From: Halogeometricum borinquense DSM 11551
Lineage (GTDB): Archaea; Halobacteriota; Halobacteria; Halobacteriales; Haloferacaceae
Assembly (NCBI RefSeq): GCF_000172995.2
Contig: NC_014729.1
Coordinates: 2,190,001-2,222,000 of the forward strand
Direction: 5' to 3'
DNA: 32,000 nt
Made by a program: the position numbers and the translations under genes. Every line of letters begins with the position of its first letter. Position 1 is the stretch's first letter. Below are positions 17,098 through 24,605 of the stretch, in pieces. The notes beneath the pieces are model-generated. The model made no database searches and was not told the DNA's origin. It saw nothing but the letters and a program-made list of their open reading frames with translations.

Positions 17098-17868
17098 TTA
17101 GTTGTCAGTCGGTTCGAGAATCTCGATCTCGTGACCGTCCTGATCCTTGGTGAACGCGTATCGGTTATCGCAGGATTCGGGGTCGCGGTACTCTTCCGCG
17201 TCGCGTTCCAGCAGCGTCTCCCAGTACTCTCCGAGGTCGTCCGCGCGCACGCAAAGATGACCCCATGCGTCGCCCATATCGTACGTCCGGCCGTCGTAGT
17301 TGTACGTGAGTTCGACGGCCATCGCCTCTTCTGCGGCACCTTCGGGTTTCATGAAGTAGTTAGCGAAGGTGTCGGATTCCCAACGACCGGTGTGTTCGTA
17401 CTCGAACTTCCGAGTCCAGAAGCCGAGGGCCTCGTCGGCGTCTTCAACGCGGATCATCGTGTGGTCGAGGCTCCATTTCGACCCGTGGTTTCGTTTGACG
17501 ATTTCGACCTCGTGCCCGTCGGGGTCTTTCACGAAGGCGTAGCGTCCGCCACAGGACTCGGGGTCACGGTAATCCTCGACACCTTCGTCCATGAGTTGCT
17601 GATACGACGACTCCAGTTCGTCCTCGGGGACACGGACAGCGATGTGACCCCATGCGTCGCCCATCTCGTACGACCGGTCGTCGTGGTTGTACGTCAGTTC
17701 CAGCATCGCACCCTCCTCGTGCATCTCCTCAGGGCCGAGATAGACGTTAGTGAACGTATCTGCCTCCCAGCGGCCCTTCTCCTCGTAGTCGAGATGTGTC
17801 TTGTACCAATCTAGCGACTCGTCGAGGTCTTCGACGCGAAGCATCACGTGGTCGAGTACTCCGGACAT
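17098..17868 (-). CDS. VOC-family protein with two tandem glyoxalase I (lactoylglutathione lyase-like) modules
   Basis: Two homologous halves: LDHVMLRVEDLDESLDWY...W...TF.N.......E.A.LELTYN.D.R.YEMGDAWGHIAVRV and LDHTMIRVEDADEALGFW...W.SDTFANY........AVELTYNYDGRTYDMGDAWGHLCVRA. Each is followed by YRDPESC..RYAF.KD.DGHE.EI. Confidence 0.85.
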   Translation of the reverse strand: MSGVLDHVMLRVEDLDESLDWYKTHLDYEEKGRWEADTFTNVYLGPEEMHEEGAMLELTYNHDDRSYEMGDAWGHIAVRVPEDELESSYQQLMDEGVEDYRDPESCGGRYAFVKDPDGHEVEIVKRNHGSKWSLDHTMIRVEDADEALGFWTRKFEYEHTGRWESDTFANYFMKPEGAAEEAMAVELTYNYDGRTYDMGDAWGHLCVRADDLGEYWETLLERDAEEYRDPESCDNRYAFTKDQDGHEIEILEPTDN

Positions 17869-17972
17869 GTTTCAGGGGTTGAACGGAGCGTCGAAAAGGA
17901 TACCGAACGAGGAATCGAGGGGGTGTGAGCTGAAATGCTCCGATACGTACAAGTTCATCAAATCGAAACGAA

Positions 17973-19445
17973 GTGTATCGAATCGAAATAGGTGTCCTCC
18001 ACGTCGTGTCCAGAGTTCCAAACCCCATCAGACGCTGTATCGTCTCCATCGGCCTCGTCCTCGCGCACTTCGGTATCATCGACCGCGACAGAGCCACCAG
18101 AACGGCCGAACTCGCGTGGCCCCGCATCGTCACCGGCCTTGCCCGCATGTCCAAGAACGCCGTGGACGTGGCGCTGGTCGGGAGTGCGTCTGGTGTCGCC
18201 GCCATCACTGGTGTCGGGTTCGCTGGTCCGTACTGGGGCCTTGCCTTCGCTCTCGGCGGGGGTGTTGCCGCCGGAACGCTCGCACTTGTTTCCCAGCGCT
18301 ACGGCGCGGATCAATCGGACGGAATCGGTGTCGCAATCCGGTCGAGTACGCTCCTCGTCGTCCTCTCGACGCTCCCCGTCACTGTCATCTTCTGGCTGTT
18401 TCCCGTACAACTCATCTCGGTGCTGACGGACAATCCCAATGTAATCGACCTCGGCGCACGCTACCTCCGCCTCGTCGGTCTCGGTGTCCCGTTCGCCGGA
18501 CTCAATCTCGTCGGGAGTCGCGCGCTCGTCGGCGCGGACGACGCCTACACCGCGATGCTCCTTCGCTCGGGTGGTGCCGTCACTAATATCATCCTTAGCG
18601 CGACGCTCATCTTCGGTCTCGACATGAGTGTCGAGGGTGCGGCGGTCGGAACTGTCCTCTCGAACGTCGTCGTCACGGGCGCGTTCGCGCTCGGACTCAC
18701 CAGAGGGGAACTCCCGGGCGTTGGAGAGTTTCCGATACGTATTGACCCGTTCGGTCGCTACGTGGACCGGGAGATTATCGACGACATCGTCTCTATCGGC
18801 CTGCCTGTCTTCGGTCGCTCGCTCGTCTGGACGGTCGCAGAGTTCCCGATGCTCGCCATCGTCAATCTCTTCGGCAAGAATGTCGCCGCAGCGTTCGTCA
18901 TCACGCGTCGCATCTGGGGCCTGATGAACACGCCGGGATGGGGCTTCGGATTGGCGTCGTCCAGTCTCGTCGGCCAAGCGCTGGGCAAAGACGACGAAGA
19001 CACCGCAGAAGCGTACGGGCGCGAAATCGTCCGGTTCTCCGTCGCCACCTACATCGTCTCAGCGGTACTGGTCGCGATCTTCGCTGAACCAATCGTTCGT
19101 CAGTTCGTGAAGAATCCGGGGCCGGATGTTGTTCCGACCGCCGTCGGGCTTGTGTACGCCGCCTGCCTCGCGGTCATAATGCAGGGCGTCTCGGGCGCGT
19201 CGGCTGGTCCGCTGGACGCCAGCGGCGATACCAGTATCCCGTTCTACAGCCAACTACTCGGGATGTTCGGCTGTTCGATTCCGATCACCTATCTTGGCGC
19301 ACAGACGGGACACATCGAGGCACTCTATCTCGCGTTACTCGCCGAAACGACCGTCCCGGCCGCCATCAACTACTACCGGTTCACCACCGGCAAATGGAAG
19401 TCTGTGAGTCAGCAGTACCGGCCCGGAAGCCCTGCAGACGACTGA
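17973..19445 (+). CDS. MATE family efflux transporter
   Basis: 12-TM protein with ..T.ELAWPRIVTGLARMSKNAVDVALVG.. and a second-half repeat, typical of MATE/DinF-like exporters. The start is uncertain: GTG at 17973, or GTG at 18006 (VSRVPNPIRR...). Confidence 0.85.
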   Translation: MYRIEIGVLHVVSRVPNPIRRCIVSIGLVLAHFGIIDRDRATRTAELAWPRIVTGLARMSKNAVDVALVGSASGVAAITGVGFAGPYWGLAFALGGGVAAGTLALVSQRYGADQSDGIGVAIRSSTLLVVLSTLPVTVIFWLFPVQLISVLTDNPNVIDLGARYLRLVGLGVPFAGLNLVGSRALVGADDAYTAMLLRSGGAVTNIILSATLIFGLDMSVEGAAVGTVLSNVVVTGAFALGLTRGELPGVGEFPIRIDPFGRYVDREIIDDIVSIGLPVFGRSLVWTVAEFPMLAIVNLFGKNVAAAFVITRRIWGLMNTPGWGFGLASSSLVGQALGKDDEDTAEAYGREIVRFSVATYIVSAVLVAIFAEPIVRQFVKNPGPDVVPTAVGLVYAACLAVIMQGVSGASAGPLDASGDTSIPFYSQLLGMFGCSIPITYLGAQTGHIEALYLALLAETTVPAAINYYRFTTGKWKSVSQQYRPGSPADD

Positions 19446-19448
19446 GCC

Positions 19449-19940
19449 TCAGTTTTCCGACGACCTGTCTCTCTCAGTGTTGCGACCGATGCCGTAGATG
19501 TAGGCGGCGATGCCGAGCATGAGAACCGTTCCGACGGGCCACGCCGTCCGGCCGGGTTGGAACGAGAATCCCTGTGCAAAGGAGAGTTGTGCGACGCCTG
19601 CGGTGGCGAGCAGCCCGGCAACGACTCGCCGATCCTCGTACCCAACCGTCGGTGCGATAACCGCGAATCCCACGGCGAAGACGTACAACACCACCGAGAG
19701 CGGCCACGAATAGATGTACTCGGGCAACCCCATCGTGTAAACGAACAGGAAGTCGTAGAGGTTCGTCACCTGCAGCGGATTCGTATTGAGCAGCCCCCAC
19801 GCGAACACAAACGTCGCGTCCCGACCCGAAAACACCTGTACTGACCACGGAACGAGGAGTAATGCGAGCAGTGCGGGGATGGTCCAATCGGGCGTTCGAG
19901 GCACGCCGGGAGGTCGGTGCCGATACGAGAAGAAGGACAC
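19449..19940 (-). CDS. hypothetical polytopic membrane protein with an uncertain or IS-affected 5' end
   Basis: Only the distal about 160 codons of ORF 19449-20267 look like protein (DWTIPALLALLLVPWSVQVF...LYDFLFVYTMGLPEYIYSWPLSVVLYVFAVGFAV...). There is no in-frame ATG ahead of the first TM segment. GTG at 19938-19940 is the nearest start. Upstream codons overlap the tnpB 3' end out of frame. Confidence 0.5.
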   Translation of the reverse strand: MSFFSYRHRPPGVPRTPDWTIPALLALLLVPWSVQVFSGRDATFVFAWGLLNTNPLQVTNLYDFLFVYTMGLPEYIYSWPLSVVLYVFAVGFAVIAPTVGYEDRRVVAGLLATAGVAQLSFAQGFSFQPGRTAWPVGTVLMLGIAAYIYGIGRNTERDRSSEN

Positions 19941-19952
19941 GGTTTGACATCC

Positions 19953-19974
19953 TCCCACGGCTGAAGCCGTGGGA
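19953..19974. repeat. RE-side subterminal stem-loop TCCCACGGC-TGAA-GCCGTGGGA
   Basis: Perfect 9-bp stem. It is nested inside a second helix, ACATCC (19947-19952) / GGATGT (19987-19992), and lies 22 nt past the tnpB stop. Confidence 0.8.
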
Positions 19975-19995
19975 TTCCTCCGGTGGGGATGTTGG

Positions 19996-21363
19996 CTACG
20001 CCGCATCCACGGAGGCAATTTTCCCGTCACTGGTACTCTGGTTTGTGCGCTTCTCGTTGGGACTTTCCCTCTCGGGAGAGTGTGGTATCTCCGACCAGTT
20101 GTGGTCGTCCCACTTGAGACGCACGGGCCGAGCCATCGACCCGACTTTGATTTTGCCAGCCTGTCGTTCGAGGAACGTGCGAGACGCACAGAGGTCGGCG
20201 TGGGCTTCGTGACCGCACGGACACCGGAACACGTCGCCGTCCCGGTCGGTGTCGTCCTGTTCGCCACACACCGGGCACGTTCGGGTTGTGTCGGCTTCAG
20301 ACCGCACTTCGACTGTGATGCCGTATTCCTCGGCGGTGTCCGAGAGGCGGTCGATAAACGCCTGAAACGCCCAGAACTGGTGGGTCTTGGCGTTCACCTC
20401 GGCGCACCAATGCGTCGAGAGAACGTCCGTGAGGTCGCCTACGTACACCGTGGCGACCCCCTCGGCGTAAAGCCGTTCCAGCAGGTCGCGCACCAGTGCA
20501 TCCTGCGCGTGGTCGCGCCGTCGCGTCCGTTTGCGATACAGCCGCCGTATCCGCCGACTGCTGTACCGTCCTTCGCGGAGTTTGGACTGGAGACGGGCGA
20601 TTTCATCGGTCGTCTCGCGGAAGCGGGCAAACAGGTCCCGTCCTTCGTAGAGGTACTGCTGGCCGGTCGTGGTGGTACAGGCGACGAGATTGTTCGCGCC
20701 CACGTCCAAAGCGGCTTCTTCCGAAGCCAGTGGTGAATTCCGAAAACGCGAAGCGTTTTCGACTTCAGGAAAATCTTCGATTTTCCGTGAATCCTGTCGA
20801 GAATCAGGCACGGTGACAGGCTGAAAGGCCCTGAACGTGTCGTCTATCTCGTCGTACTGTATCTCCAGACGGCCCTGTTCGCCGTCCCACTTCGGGTCGC
20901 CAGCAACTTCGAGGCGCAGGCGGTCGTGATAGCCGAGGCCGTATTCATCTTTCAACTGCTGGCCGACCGGGATTTCGAGGCGACTTCGGTCGCCAGTTTC
21001 CAGCGTGTATTGGTCGTTGCGGATGTACGTGCGGAGTTCTCTGCCGTCGTCCTCGTTGCCCCAGTAGCCCGGCGGGGCGGTGTCCTCGCCATTCTCGCGG
21101 GCGGCGAAAAACGACTGCCACGCTGATTTGTTCTTCCGAATAACCTGCTGTGCGGTGGCAGAACCAAGCACATCGACGTACTGTTTGCGGTAGTCGGCGG
21201 TGTCCCACACGCTGTCGCCGTCGAAGAACTGCTGGCGGCGCTCGTAGTTCAACTCGTTCCACAGGCTGGCAGAGGCGTCCAACAGGTCCAGCAGTAGCCG
21301 CTCGTCGGCGTCTGAGAGCGGTCGTACCGCGAACGTGTTGGTTCGCCTCACGACGGCAGACAT
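19996..21363 (-). CDS. tnpB: RNA-guided endonuclease TnpB (IS605 OrfB family)
   Basis: [16 protein letters not shown]... is a typical OrfB N-terminus. RuvC-I is ALDVGANN. The Zn finger is CPVCG-N12[10 protein letters not shown], with RuvC-III HAD. The ATG at 21361-21363 is preferred over the ATG at 21396. Confidence 0.9.
   Translation of the reverse strand: MSAVVRRTNTFAVRPLSDADERLLLDLLDASASLWNELNYERRQQFFDGDSVWDTADYRKQYVDVLGSATAQQVIRKNKSAWQSFFAARENGEDTAPPGYWGNEDDGRELRTYIRNDQYTLETGDRSRLEIPVGQQLKDEYGLGYHDRLRLEVAGDPKWDGEQGRLEIQYDEIDDTFRAFQPVTVPDSRQDSRKIEDFPEVENASRFRNSPLASEEAALDVGANNLVACTTTTGQQYLYEGRDLFARFRETTDEIARLQSKLREGRYSSRRIRRLYRKRTRRRDHAQDALVRDLLERLYAEGVATVYVGDLTDVLSTHWCAEVNAKTHQFWAFQAFIDRLSDTAEEYGITVEVRSEADTTRTCPVCGEQDDTDRDGDVFRCPCGHEAHADLCASRTFLERQAGKIKVGSMARPVRLKWDDHNWSEIPHSPERESPNEKRTNQSTSDGKIASVDAA
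20733..20794. repeat. 54-bp in-frame insertion-like module inside tnpB: direct repeats GTGAATTC / GTGAATCC bracketing two perfect hairpins
   Basis: GTGAATTC (20733-20740) and GTGAATCC (20787-20794) are exactly 54 nt apart. Between them lie CGAAAACGC-GAA-GCGTTTTCG (20741-20761) and GGAAAATC-TTC-GATTTTCC (20768-20786). Confidence 0.7.
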
Positions 21364-21401
21364 TAGTAGTTCTATGTCTAAATGTCTTTTGGACACAAGC
21401 G

Positions 21402-21545
21402 ATGCGACCGAACATCGACATTTCCCACACGCTGAACGGGCGTGTGAGAGACTACGCCGAAGAACAGGGTATGGCTCTTGATGAAGCCTACCGAGAGATA
21501 ATCAAAGCGGGATTGGAAGCGGTGGAACATCCAGACGAGTCGTAA
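21402..21545 (+). CDS. 47-aa ribbon-helix-helix-like protein, divergent from tnpB and inside the element
   Basis: [47 protein letters not shown] has a short beta-strand followed by two helices, in the CopG/Arc pattern. The ATG lies 38 bp from the tnpB ATG. A TATA-like TCTAAAT sits about 22-25 nt upstream. Only the last 47 codons of track ORF 21150-21545 are credible. Confidence 0.45.
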   Translation: MRPNIDISHTLNGRVRDYAEEQGMALDEAYREIIKAGLEAVEHPDES

Positions 21546-22225
21546 CTCGTTGTTTGCGACGGAATAGTGTCGCTCAGACCCACCCCTGAAGGGGTGGGCT
21601 TCCGCTCGCTACGTGTCATGTTGAGTGCCGATGCCTCCGCGTTCATCCGACGCACGTCCTCGTCGCCGGGGACGCCCGCCGAAAGCGACGACAGTTTCGA
21701 CTGGTCGGGGACGACTTCGACGACCCGAACCTCGGTTCCGTTTACTGTGTCAGTTCCGCAGTCGTAGACGCGCGAAACGTCGAATAGCTGTCGCTGGCCG
21801 CCGAGCATGGTGTACGTGGTCCATGACCGGTTTTCGGGCAGTTCGGTCGCGTACGAGGCGTTCTCGACGTTGACGTACTCGGAGTACGGACACGGCTTAT
21901 AGAGGGAATACCCACGGACGAACAGTGTCTTGCTCTCGCCGTCGAGAGAAATGGACATTCGATACGTGCGTTCGGAGCGGTTGAACGCCGCGTGGCCGTC
22001 GTAGGTCGCAGTTCGGCGTTCGCCTCCCTGTTTAGCGACGGCGGACCCGCTGATAGTGAACGAATAGGCCGAAACGTTCGTAGTCGCGTCGGCGGTTTGA
22101 TTCACAAGACGCTCTGCGGCCGGATCACTCGGGGGACGCGTGTCGAACAGACCAGCGGCCCCAGCGCCGATGAGAGCGATAACAGCGATGACAACGAGGA
22201 GACCAAATTGTCTTGCGGAGAGCAC
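21488..22225 (-). CDS. N-terminally anchored secreted protein of unknown function; the last 37 codons or so run into the IS end (chimeric or truncated C-terminus)
   Basis: [27 protein letters not shown] is a signal anchor, followed by a soluble domain of about 175 aa with N-x-S/T sequons. From about 21600 downward the frame translates the IS hairpin (KPTPSGVG) and runs antisense through the RHH ORF before stopping. Confidence 0.55.
   Translation of the reverse strand: MLSARQFGLLVVIAVIALIGAGAAGLFDTRPPSDPAAERLVNQTADATTNVSAYSFTISGSAVAKQGGERRTATYDGHAAFNRSERTYRMSISLDGESKTLFVRGYSLYKPCPYSEYVNVENASYATELPENRSWTTYTMLGGQRQLFDVSRVYDCGTDTVNGTEVRVVEVVPDQSKLSSLSAGVPGDEDVRRMNAEASALNMTRSERKPTPSGVGLSDTIPSQTTSYDSSGCSTASNPALIISR
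21579..21598. repeat. LE-side subterminal stem-loop CCCACCCC-TGAA-GGGGTGGG
   Basis: Perfect 8-bp stem with the same loop and the same trailing (A/C)TTCC as the hairpin at 19953-19974. Confidence 0.8.
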
Positions 22226-22257
22226 ACGCGAACGTGTCGCTCATTCAGAAAAAATCC

Positions 22258-23370
22258 TTACTTCCGCGCGACGATTCGGAGGATGTCCTCATCTTGGAGT
22301 TCGTGGTCACGACCGATCTGTTGTTCGTCGTGTTTTGCGCTGGGGCCGGTGACACGAGCGAACCGGAACCGCTCGTCTAATGTCCCGCCGAGTTTGTCGA
22401 GTGCGTCGTCGAGGGTGTTTTCTCCCTCCTGAAGAACAAGCGGTTCCTCGTAATCGACGCCGCGGCCGGGTTTGTCCATGAAGACGCGGATGAGCCCCAA
22501 TCGCTCCCACATCGTCTCTTTCAGTCCCTCTAATCCCTTCTCTTTCTCCGCGCTGATGAACACGGCCTCATCGGGATCGATATCCATCTCGCGGAGTTGC
22601 TCGTTGACAGTCGGGAGATAGTCCTGATCGATCAGGTCGGCCTTGTTCACCGTGACCATCGACGGGAGATACACCCGGTTGTCCATGATGCCGTCGATGA
22701 GTTCGTCGATCGTCAGGTCACCGCGGATAGTAACGTCGGCGTTGACGTACCCGTACTCGCGGAGTACGTCTTTGATTGTCTCTTCATCCAGTGACACGTC
22801 ATCGGTCATCGTCACTTGGATGCCGCCTTTGTGTCTCTTCGAGATAGAGAGATTCGGTGGCGTGGTGTCGAGCCGAATTTTGTTCTGATAGAGTTCCTCT
22901 TGCAGTCGTTCGTAGCGTTCGAGTTCGAACACCGAGAGCATGAAGACGACGAGATCAGCAGTCCGAACGACCGACAACACCTCTTTCCCGCCGCCGCGAC
23001 CACCAGCGGCACCCTCGATCAGACCCGGAACGTCGAGAATCTGGATGTTCGCACCGTTGTAGTGGAGCATCCCAGGATTCACGTTTAGCGTCGTGAACTC
23101 GTACGCGCCGACTTCGCTGTCCGCGTTCGTGAGGGCGTTAATGAGCGTCGATTTGCCGACGCTCGGGAAGCCAACGAGAGCGACGGTCACGTCACCTGTC
23201 TTCTCGACGGCGTATCCGTGACCACCACCGCTGGAGGACTGATTCTCCAGTTTTTCTTTTTTCTCCGCGAGCTTCGCCTTCAGACGACCGATGTGCGATT
23301 CGGTCGACTTGTTGTACGGCGTATTTGCAATCTCCTCGCGGAGGTCTTCGATTTCCTCCTCCAGTCCCAT
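22258..23370 (-). CDS. developmentally regulated GTP-binding protein (DRG / Obg-like GTPase with C-terminal TGS domain)
   Basis: MGLEEEIEDLREEIA.TP.NK.TE.HIGRLKAKLA is the N-terminus. G1 is GFPSVGKSTL, followed by TTL...PG, then DVPGLIEGA (G3) and NK.D (G4). The TGS-like end is ...DEDILRIV. Confidence 0.9.
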   Translation of the reverse strand: MGLEEEIEDLREEIANTPYNKSTESHIGRLKAKLAEKKEKLENQSSSGGGHGYAVEKTGDVTVALVGFPSVGKSTLINALTNADSEVGAYEFTTLNVNPGMLHYNGANIQILDVPGLIEGAAGGRGGGKEVLSVVRTADLVVFMLSVFELERYERLQEELYQNKIRLDTTPPNLSISKRHKGGIQVTMTDDVSLDEETIKDVLREYGYVNADVTIRGDLTIDELIDGIMDNRVYLPSMVTVNKADLIDQDYLPTVNEQLREMDIDPDEAVFISAEKEKGLEGLKETMWERLGLIRVFMDKPGRGVDYEEPLVLQEGENTLDDALDKLGGTLDERFRFARVTGPSAKHDEQQIGRDHELQDEDILRIVARK

Positions 23371-23491
23371 CGGCTACACATGGGCTACGTACGTCGAAAA
23401 AGTTGTTCCTTCGGTCGTGGGTTCGCGTGCGTGCGCGTGAAATACTTCGACACCGTTATCACTCGACCTCGTGAGATGATGCACAGAGGAC

Positions 23492-23692
23492 ATGCCCGAC
23501 CCGTCCAACCTCCGGGACAGCACGCAAATCGTCGTTCCGTGCGCCTCTCTCGACGATGTGCGTGAGCAGCTAGAGCAGCGATTCACAATAACGGTCTTTC
23601 CGATAAACGGGACGTGCAAGATCATCGGGAGTCCGGTCGAAATCAAGGCCGTCAACCAGTTTCTCACTCGGCACGGCGTAACGATTCCCTGA
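23492..23692 (+). CDS. small conserved-looking hypothetical protein (66 aa)
   Basis: Acidic, non-repetitive sequence MPDPSNLRDSTQIVVPCASLDDVREQLEQRF...IIGSPVEIKAVNQFLTRHGVTIP. Divergent from the GTPase gene. No family recognised. Confidence 0.45.
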   Translation: MPDPSNLRDSTQIVVPCASLDDVREQLEQRFTITVFPINGTCKIIGSPVEIKAVNQFLTRHGVTIP

Positions 23693-23745
23693 CCGAACGG
23701 GTCGCCTTCCGAAGCGCTTTGTACGACGCGACACCTACGTCGGGT

Positions 23746-24111
23746 ATGGACGACGCGCCGGGACTCTCCGACCAGTACCGGATGGCAAGCCCGTGGCCGA
23801 TGTTCGTCGCACTCGGCATTCCCATCTCCGAAATCGGCATCTTGTTCGACCTGTTTCCCATCGCTGTCGGCGGCCTCCTTCTGTTCTCCGGGAGCGTTGC
23901 CGGGATAGCGCGAGAATCGGGATACGCAGAGACGCCGTGGACGCCGCTGGCCGCCATCGGAGTACTCCTCCTCGTCGTTGGTGGCGCGTTCTTGCTCCCC
24001 GCCATCGACCTCCAGACGCGCGGGTATGCCATCATCGTAAGTGGCGTATTCTTGCTGCTCGCTGGGCTTGCCGGCCGACTATCCTTCAGGGGTCGAGACA
24101 CAACGTACTGA
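23746..24111 (+). CDS. small membrane protein upstream of cytochrome oxidase ('cox cluster protein'-like)
   Basis: MDDAPGLSDQYRMASPWPMFVALGIPISEIGILF... has 3-4 TM segments. ATG at 23746. The first 44 codons of track ORF 23614-24111 are Arg-rich and overlap the previous gene. Confidence 0.55.
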   Translation: MDDAPGLSDQYRMASPWPMFVALGIPISEIGILFDLFPIAVGGLLLFSGSVAGIARESGYAETPWTPLAAIGVLLLVVGGAFLLPAIDLQTRGYAIIVSGVFLLLAGLAGRLSFRGRDTTY

Positions 24112-24168
24112 GGCGACGGGCGAACGCGAACCAACAACCTATTTGATTCCGCCCCGATACAGCCGAGT

Positions 24169-24516
24169 ATGGCGAACGAGATATTCGACAGGGAAACACT
24201 ACTCGACCTTACGGTCAACGTCATCCCGCTGGTCATTATCGCCTTCTTCATCGGCGCATTCGCCGTCTTCCCAGCGTTCGGCGTTGATCCGCTGGCGTCG
24301 GCGCTGCAGTACGGACTGCTCGTCGTCCCGTTCGTGTTCCTGGCAATCCTGACGTATCTGTCCGGGAAGGCAATCGCGGGCGACGAGAAGCGCTCGACCG
24401 TCTACCTCCCCGGACAGGCAACGGTGGACGATCCGACGACGCTCGAAGAGTACGAAGAGAAGGCCGAAGCGGCGACCAAAAGCGACCCTGAACTGACTGA
24501 CGGCGAGAGCGCATAA
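24169..24516 (+). CDS. small membrane protein with an acidic tail, upstream of cytochrome oxidase ('cox cluster protein'-like)
   Basis: MANEIFDRETLLDLTVNVIPLVIIAFFIGAFAVF... has two TM segments, then an acidic tail EEYEEKAEAATKSDPELTDGESA. Confidence 0.55.
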   Translation: MANEIFDRETLLDLTVNVIPLVIIAFFIGAFAVFPAFGVDPLASALQYGLLVVPFVFLAILTYLSGKAIAGDEKRSTVYLPGQATVDDPTTLEEYEEKAEAATKSDPELTDGESA

Positions 24517-24605
24517 CGCCCGACCGCGTCCTGATTCTCGACACAGCTTCGATCCGCGAGAGCGTTCCCGAACCTTTCATTACGCTCCGTTCCTCACTCA
24601 CAGCC

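Larger units (their letters stand above)
19945..21620 (-). mobile_element. IS200/IS605-family, TnpB-only (IS1341-group) insertion sequence; ends approximate
   Basis: tnpB is flanked by two same-orientation, near-identical subterminal stem-loops (19953-19974 and 21579-21598). There are no terminal inverted repeats and no Y1 tnpA. The boundaries are estimated as a few to about 25 nt outside the hairpins. Confidence 0.6.

Noticed and set aside
17098-17868. Internal duplication of the glyoxalase gene as a recent rearrangement
   Set aside because: The two halves are clearly homologous at the protein level but diverged at the DNA level. Two-module VOC/glyoxalase I proteins are a normal architecture.
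17958-18977. 339-aa minus-strand ORF, and similar ones at 25359-26357, 5180-5710, 5733-6254, 7460-8008 and 9985-10521
   Set aside because: All lie antisense to, or out of frame with, motif-bearing genes (MATE, coxA, btuD, mobA, trm5). They are Arg/Asp/Glu-rich with no recognisable domains. ORF 9985-10521 would even run through the tRNA gene.
19941-20267. N-terminal 109 codons of the 272-aa ORF 19449-20267
   Set aside because: They overlap the tnpB 3' end in another frame and have Thr/Arg/Pro-rich composition. Only the hydrophobic distal part is credible.
21150-21545. 131-aa ORF as given in the track
   Set aside because: The first 84 codons are antisense to the tnpB 5' end and extremely Arg-rich. 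Only the last 47 codons, from the ATG at 21402, have protein-like composition and their own promoter-like context.
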